DNA of 64,000 bases from assembly GCA_002104905.1 (NCBI GenBank), contig MCFE01000300.1, positions 1 through 64,000 on the forward strand, written 5' to 3'. The position numbers and the translations under genes are program-made. How positions within the stretch are numbered: position 1 is the stretch's first letter; each line of letters starts with the position of its first letter. The notes beneath the pieces are model-generated. The model worked only from the letters and a program-made list of their open reading frames with translations. It was not told where the DNA came from and did not search any database. This stretch comes from Basidiobolus meristosporus CBS 931.73 (taxonomy: Eukaryota; Fungi; Basidiobolomycota). This document shows positions 58,801 to 64,000 of the stretch, piece by piece.

Positions 58801-61049
58801 TTTATTGTTTATTGTAGATGGAGTGAAAGTCCCACAAGCAGGCAAGGATCATTGTCAGGTTATTGTGGCCAAATGAAATGCCATCAGAAGAGCTTGAGAC
58901 ATCAATATGCATACATAAAGGCTACAGCACCTCATTGGAGTAGTGCTCAAGAGAATACACTTGAATGCTGAAAGTGCCTATTGGCAGTATTTGGCAATCA
59001 GGAGAGGTAGGACCTTTATTATAGTGATACAATGCCTATTCAGCACCTCACATATCTTGATTTGTATAGCTTTGCCTCAAACTGCTCCAATATCATCATG
59101 ATGCTGTCTTTAATGGACAGAGTAGATTCTACTGACAGGAAAAGTTTCAGTGCCATCATATCAACTGGTAATCAAGATGCCTACAGAGGAGCTATTACAC
59201 ACTAATAGGTGCCTCAACTGGCTGCAGCACATCTTGAAGGGCAGTATTTAAGAAAATGTAATAAGGCACAGAAAATTGAAAGGCTAGCAGTTGAGGTGCA
59301 AGACCTTGCAGAGCCACCTGAGGACCAGGTGGCATGGTAGTCAGTAAACTAATAATAGTTAAAAGTGGCAAGGCTCCTGCTAAGCTCATGAGCAAGGAAG
59401 ATCATACCTCATGCACTAACTGAATGGTGAAGTTGAGTATGAATACTTTTGCATATTATCACAGGCCTCTGTAGCTGGAATCTGAGCACCATAAGCCTCA
59501 GGTACTAGATGCAAGTCCTCACTCTTACAGCGCTCTAATATATCATGCACAAATTGCACCTAAGTAGGTACTTAAGTAGTGATTTTCTCCGGTATGGCAG
59601 GTGAAACACAACAGATATCATGTATGAAGATACAGAAACAGGTTATAGAGTCTTTGGTATGTTTTGAGACTGCTACTCCTCTCTGCTATGCTATGGCTCT
59701 GTTGGGCATTGAAAGCTCAAGCTAATATGAAGCACACTCTGCAAGTACCATATATCAACAAGTCCTTACAATCCTTGAGAATGCCTGTCAACATTCCTAT
59801 TATGATATGCAGCTCTGTACCAGTCCTTACCCACATGAAGCTGGTAATCTGTTAGGCCTAAAAGACCAATTCTTTGCTCAGAAATACCCAGTTCTAATTG
59901 TCTGAGATTTAATGCTGTTCAAGTAGTACCTATCAATGAAATATCCCCTTACTTTAGTGTTGTTACTAATGAGACACATGTACTTGAGCTGTGTAGTGCT
60001 GATTACTATGATATACTGCCTTAAATATCAACAATACTCCCCACTACTATATAGTACCTACTGGCACAGAGCTAGCACACTTTTGCAACCTAACAGGGTA
60101 TGTTTACAGTATGGGCACTTTTTGAAAGGGACTTTTCCAACAGAAAGATGGTGCTGGGTACTGAAAAGCTCATATTGTACTCTGTGTGCTCACTAGTGAC
60201 TGCAATGGTGCAGTGCTGGTTAAGACTGTGATATGTAGCAGTACTAGTGATATAGTCACAGTGTATAGCCTCCTAACATGTCAAATTTTTGCTGAGATCC
60301 ACAATTGCAAGGCTCTACTTTGTCAGCTAGAAAAGTCTTAGTTTGTAATATCATGGGTCATGGTTTTCAGGCAGCTCACTGTGCAATGCAAATGACAAAA
60401 GGCTAGAGATCATCAAACACAACAATTGAGAATATGCACAGCATCCCTAAGAGCTGCACATTACATGCTCAGCTAGATCAAGTGTTATACCCAATCAAAG
60501 CACAATGATAAGCCTAGTGAGAAAGAACCACCATCCAGAATTGCAGGAATATACTAATAAGTATTCCTCAGAAGCTGTGTGCAATCAGCTATGACCTGGA
60601 GTACTTTCTGCCTGATTTAATATTCCCAGGTGCTCTGATTGCCTAGGTGTTGGGCATTGGTGCTTTGCAATTGGAAAATTTGAGTCTTCTGTAGTATTCT
60701 ACAATAACAATGGTAAAATCAAGATGTGAGTGTAAATAGATTTTACTACTTGAGAATTGTTTCATTAAATAGTGCTACAGTATAGCAGAGGGGTACAGCA
60801 TGCCATTATTTGGCTGCAAAGTGTGCAACATTACTCCACTTCTTCAAACATGAAGAAGCTGAAGTCCAAATGGGCATAACCATTCAAGATCATCAAAAAA
60901 TGTCCATTTCAACTTACCAACTATAAATAGAATATACAAGTGAATAATCAAGGAGATTCAATAGATATAGACAGACTTAAGTGTGCAAGACCTACTGACA
61001 GTGCTGAACCAGCAAGATGTCTGATTTACAAAAAAAGAGATTTCAGCAA

Positions 61050-61441
61050 ACCCTCTCAGCAATAATAGGGAATAATGTAATTATCTGTTGCTTGCATGTT
61101 TAAGTATGATCAGTTTTAAGTCAAATCAATTATATGAATGTTAAGTTCTCAATATATCTGTATATTCTACCAAGTGAGTATTATTAGTCAGCAGACAAAT
61201 CAGTAGATCTCTATCAATCAAAAAAGGTATGTTAAGCATGATCAATTGAGTGATGACAATCCATTTGATTGAGTCATCTGCTACAGCCTACATTAGGATA
61301 TACAGTTGGTCAGCAATTCATCTGGCAAAATGTATATAAGGAGCTGCTGGAGCCTCAGTGATATTCAGTTTGGGTTTTAGCAAATTCAATACTAGCTAAA
61401 TTCTTAATACTTACACAGAACCTATATCAAGACTTGTACAG
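61050..61441 (+). repeat. Probable gypsy LTR copy, homologous to ~63000-63400
   Basis: Shared blocks TTTTAGTCAAATCAAT, GTCAGCAGA, GCTGCTGGAGCC, CAATACTAGCTAAA and ATCAAGACT.GTA. Boundaries are approximate. Confidence 0.5.
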
Positions 61442-61619
61442 TAGACTTTTAGCAACAAGTGTTTGGCCTTTTGATTATCTAAGACTTGGGTTGAAGAGAG
61501 CTAGTAGCAGTAGATATGCTGGTACAGAGGGTATAAGTAACTTGGATCAGGCTTAGAGAACTAGACTCAGATACTCCAGCATATTCTCCTACCCAAGGGT
61601 GTTCAGCAACAGGTCTTGT

Positions 61620-62130
61620 GACAGCAGTATTTTGGATACCTTCTCAATGAGGATTGACAGACCTCCGGAGGGAAGAAGTGCACTTTTTCTGACAAATAGA
61701 AGGCAAATAGTGTGAATTTCAGGCACAATTGGACACTGAAAGCTGTATCATCTGGATTAGTTGGTCTTTTGCTGAAAGTAGGCATGACAAGGCACTCTGG
61801 GTGGGAGGCCATTCTGAGCTCCATAGGGAAGAGAAGTTTATGACAGACCTAACTTCTATAGTTGAGGACTGCTGGAGATTAGGATGTATCCCAGTTTATA
61901 GGAAGCCAAAAAATGGAGTGCTTAGAAGGGGGCCAAAGTTTTGTAAGAAGATAATTAACTATTTCAGAGTAAGTGTAGAGCATGTATTTGGATATCTAAG
62001 AAAGCTTAGCATAGTTGCAGAAAAATATAGAGGAAAGCTTATACAGACAAAAGCCACAAAATATCTAAAATAATCAAGAGACTGGATAGTTCACTGTACA
62101 ATCATACAATCATACAAGAAGACATCTACT
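61620..62130 (+). mobile_element. PIF/Harbinger (IS5-like DDE_Tnp_4) transposase fragment, decayed
   Basis: ILDTFSMRIDRPPEGRSALFSDK-KANSVNFQAQLDTESCIIWISWSFAESRHDKALW...PVYRKPKNG...FRVSVEHVFGYLRK matches the DG(T)..I.RP / GS.HD / R..VE..FG.LK motif order. Confidence 0.75.
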
Positions 62131-62999
62131 GCAAGAAATGTATATGGTTTGTTTGAAAATTAAATAAAGCAAGAAAGCACTGGTCTTGGCAATCTAGTTA
62201 AGATTTAGCTATGATATCAGTAACTTTATCCCACTGTTAGCTTCCTGGAAGATACTAAAGTACTAGCTGTTGCCCTAAGTGACCAGATTGATTCAACATA
62301 ATAAACTGGCTGATACTTTGTGACATTATTTGGCAGAACCTACAATTAACCTAGCTTAGTCATGTAAGTGATTTCCTACAGATCTTTAAGAATCATGACC
62401 TAGCTTGCTGCTGGGACTTGCTGAGAAAATTTTTGCCAAACTATCAGGCACCTCAAACATGTATATGCACAAAGCCACCCAAACAACCTCAAGCTTTGCT
62501 CATATGGTTTTGGACCTTTTTGAGTGTATTACATGGGCAGCTCTTGCCAAGAGTAAAGTGTAAGCACAACTTTGACATTTGTTGTATCATCAAGTGAATA
62601 CCATATTAACTACTTGCGTCCCCAATGACATGATATCTCTATAAGACATTTGCTATATGCTTATTGCATGTAGTGATCTTGTTGGTCACATGCAACATCC
62701 ACCACATACAGCAGTAGAAGCATGGCTGAACAACTACTGGCCATAAAATTCAGCACATCAAGCAGTGCTTTACTCTAAAATGGCCATGTTGACAGTGTGC
62801 CCACAGATAGTGATGCTGCAGACTACTCAAGCACTCCATCAAGTAGACAAAAGAAATATCTGTAAGCTGCTAATGGACTTTATTGCTCAGGCAGGTACAT
62901 ATGTGGCAAATGCAGTACCACAAGTAGGCGTGCAGTAAGTGATGGTATTAACATCATCATCACCAGTACTGGCAAGTTTGTTGTCCACACATAACAATG

Positions 63000-63905
63000 C
63001 ATTAACAAAGGAATTAGGTTCAGTGGCTGCTATGATATGCCACTTGAACGTTTAGCTAAGGTATGATTTTTAGTCAAATCAATAAGTTTTATGTTTAGCC
63101 TATTTATAAAGCAGTGTTGTCAATTAAGTCAGTAATTTGGTCAGCAGATGAATCTGCAGTTTTTGATGGGCAGAAATTGGTAAATTAAGTAAGTTCTAAT
63201 TGGTTGATGAAGATGTAATTGAATGAGTCTGCCCCACAGCCTATATTAGGAAAGACAATAAGAGAGCCACTGATCTGACAAGATATATGTAACAAGCTGC
63301 TGGAGCCTTAATCAAGATCAGTTCCAGCTTAAGTGAATACAATACTAGCTAAACTCCCTTATCTACTACAGCTCTTACATCAAGACTAGTAATATTGTTA
63401 GCTGTGATAACCTGAGACCTCCCTCCTGAGGAAAGAAAAAGCCTCCCTCAAGATGGTAGAAAACCAAGATTGGAAGAATGCCATGCTGCAAATTTTGGCC
63501 CAACAGCAACAATAACTGCATATCCTAAGCCAGCAGCAACAAGGGATGGCTACCATGGACCAGAGTCTGCAAAGCCCTGTCAAGAGCAACTTTGATGTGA
63601 AGGTCACTTGTTACTATGATAGAGTCAATGAAAATCTGGAAACTTGGCTATTTCAGATTGAAGAAGCTTTAAAGGCTGAAGGAATATCCCCAGAAAGCTA
63701 GTTGTATTATGCAGATTCTTACTTGCCAGATGCAGCTTTACAGAGGTACCACAATAACTGGGCAGCCACTTTATTAGGATACTCTACCTGGAACAAATCT
63801 GTGTTGGAAATTTAACATTCTTTTGAGCTCCCTCACCAGCAGAAACTACTAATTCCAAAGCAAAAGACTCTCAGACAGAAAGGAATAGTTCATGAATGTT
63901 GTGCA
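63000..63905 (+). mobile_element. 5' end of a Ty3/gypsy element: LTR (~63000-63390) and decayed gag from ATG 63453
   Basis: MVENQDWKNAMLQILAQQQQ...ENLETWLFQIEEALKAEGI...YADSYLPDAALQRY...FELPHQQKLL..KQKTLRQKG has the retrotransposon-gag pattern. Confidence 0.7.
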
Positions 63906-64000
63906 TTACACTCAAAATTTAGCCAATTTTACTCCATTAGAAAATCTAGTACTTAGTCATGATCTCACACTTGAACATCAAAGTTAGATCAGATTTTTTG

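Larger units (their letters stand above)
31800..64000. other. Gene-free, AT-richer, CpG-depleted block of nested decayed transposons (heterochromatin-like)
   Basis: Most 60-nt lines have 0-1 CG, against several per line in the genic half. All recognisable ORF fragments are TE-derived. Confidence 0.9.

Noticed and set aside
58800-61000. Possible RT remnant on the minus strand (FIHDI..., VHDILERCKSEDLHL) and other decayed ORFs, also ~62400-62950
   Set aside because: Too degraded to assign a family or boundaries by eye.
31800-64000. Classical Neurospora-type RIP
   Set aside because: CA/TG dinucleotides remain plentiful; the visible deficit is CG-specific. A formal count is still needed.
1-64000. 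tRNA, rRNA, CRISPR arrays or prokaryotic systems
   Set aside because: No cloverleaf/T-loop, rRNA-like or regularly spaced repeat-spacer pattern was seen, and the sequence is intron-containing eukaryotic DNA. A tRNAscan-SE/Infernal run would be needed to exclude small RNAs.

Overview
Eukaryotic window, almost certainly fungal: 55-90 nt GT-AG introns with CTAAC/CTAAT branch points, a DASH-complex gene and GWT1. An early-diverging lineage is inferred, but the species cannot be determined. The window has two sharply different halves. Bases 1 to ~31.8 kb are gene-dense and CpG-rich. They hold three paralogous V-ATPase subunit a genes (13 introns, 5 introns, and none in the visible part), a bromodomain-like + pseudokinase gene with an inverted shorter paralog, DAD2, GWT1 (one apparent 1-nt frameshift), two tandem GAS2/GAR-domain rod proteins, PUS7 and an orphan secreted protein. 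The larger GAS2 protein (~2160 aa) has a CH-CH/rod/GAR layout resembling animal spectraplakins. Bases ~31.8-64 kb are AT-richer and strongly CpG-depleted, with no host genes seen. They form a nested pile of decayed Ty1/copia elements (two families with Ty5-type tRNAiMet primer sites), solo LTRs with target-site duplications, Ty3/gypsy remnants, a MITE and a PIF/Harbinger-type transposase fragment. The strongest candidates for new biology are the spectraplakin-like gene pair with a shared 11-nt micro-exon, the stepwise intron loss across the V-ATPase a triplet, and the degenerate bromodomain-pseudokinase pair. Gene models were spliced by hand, TE boundaries are approximate, and no database searches were run.
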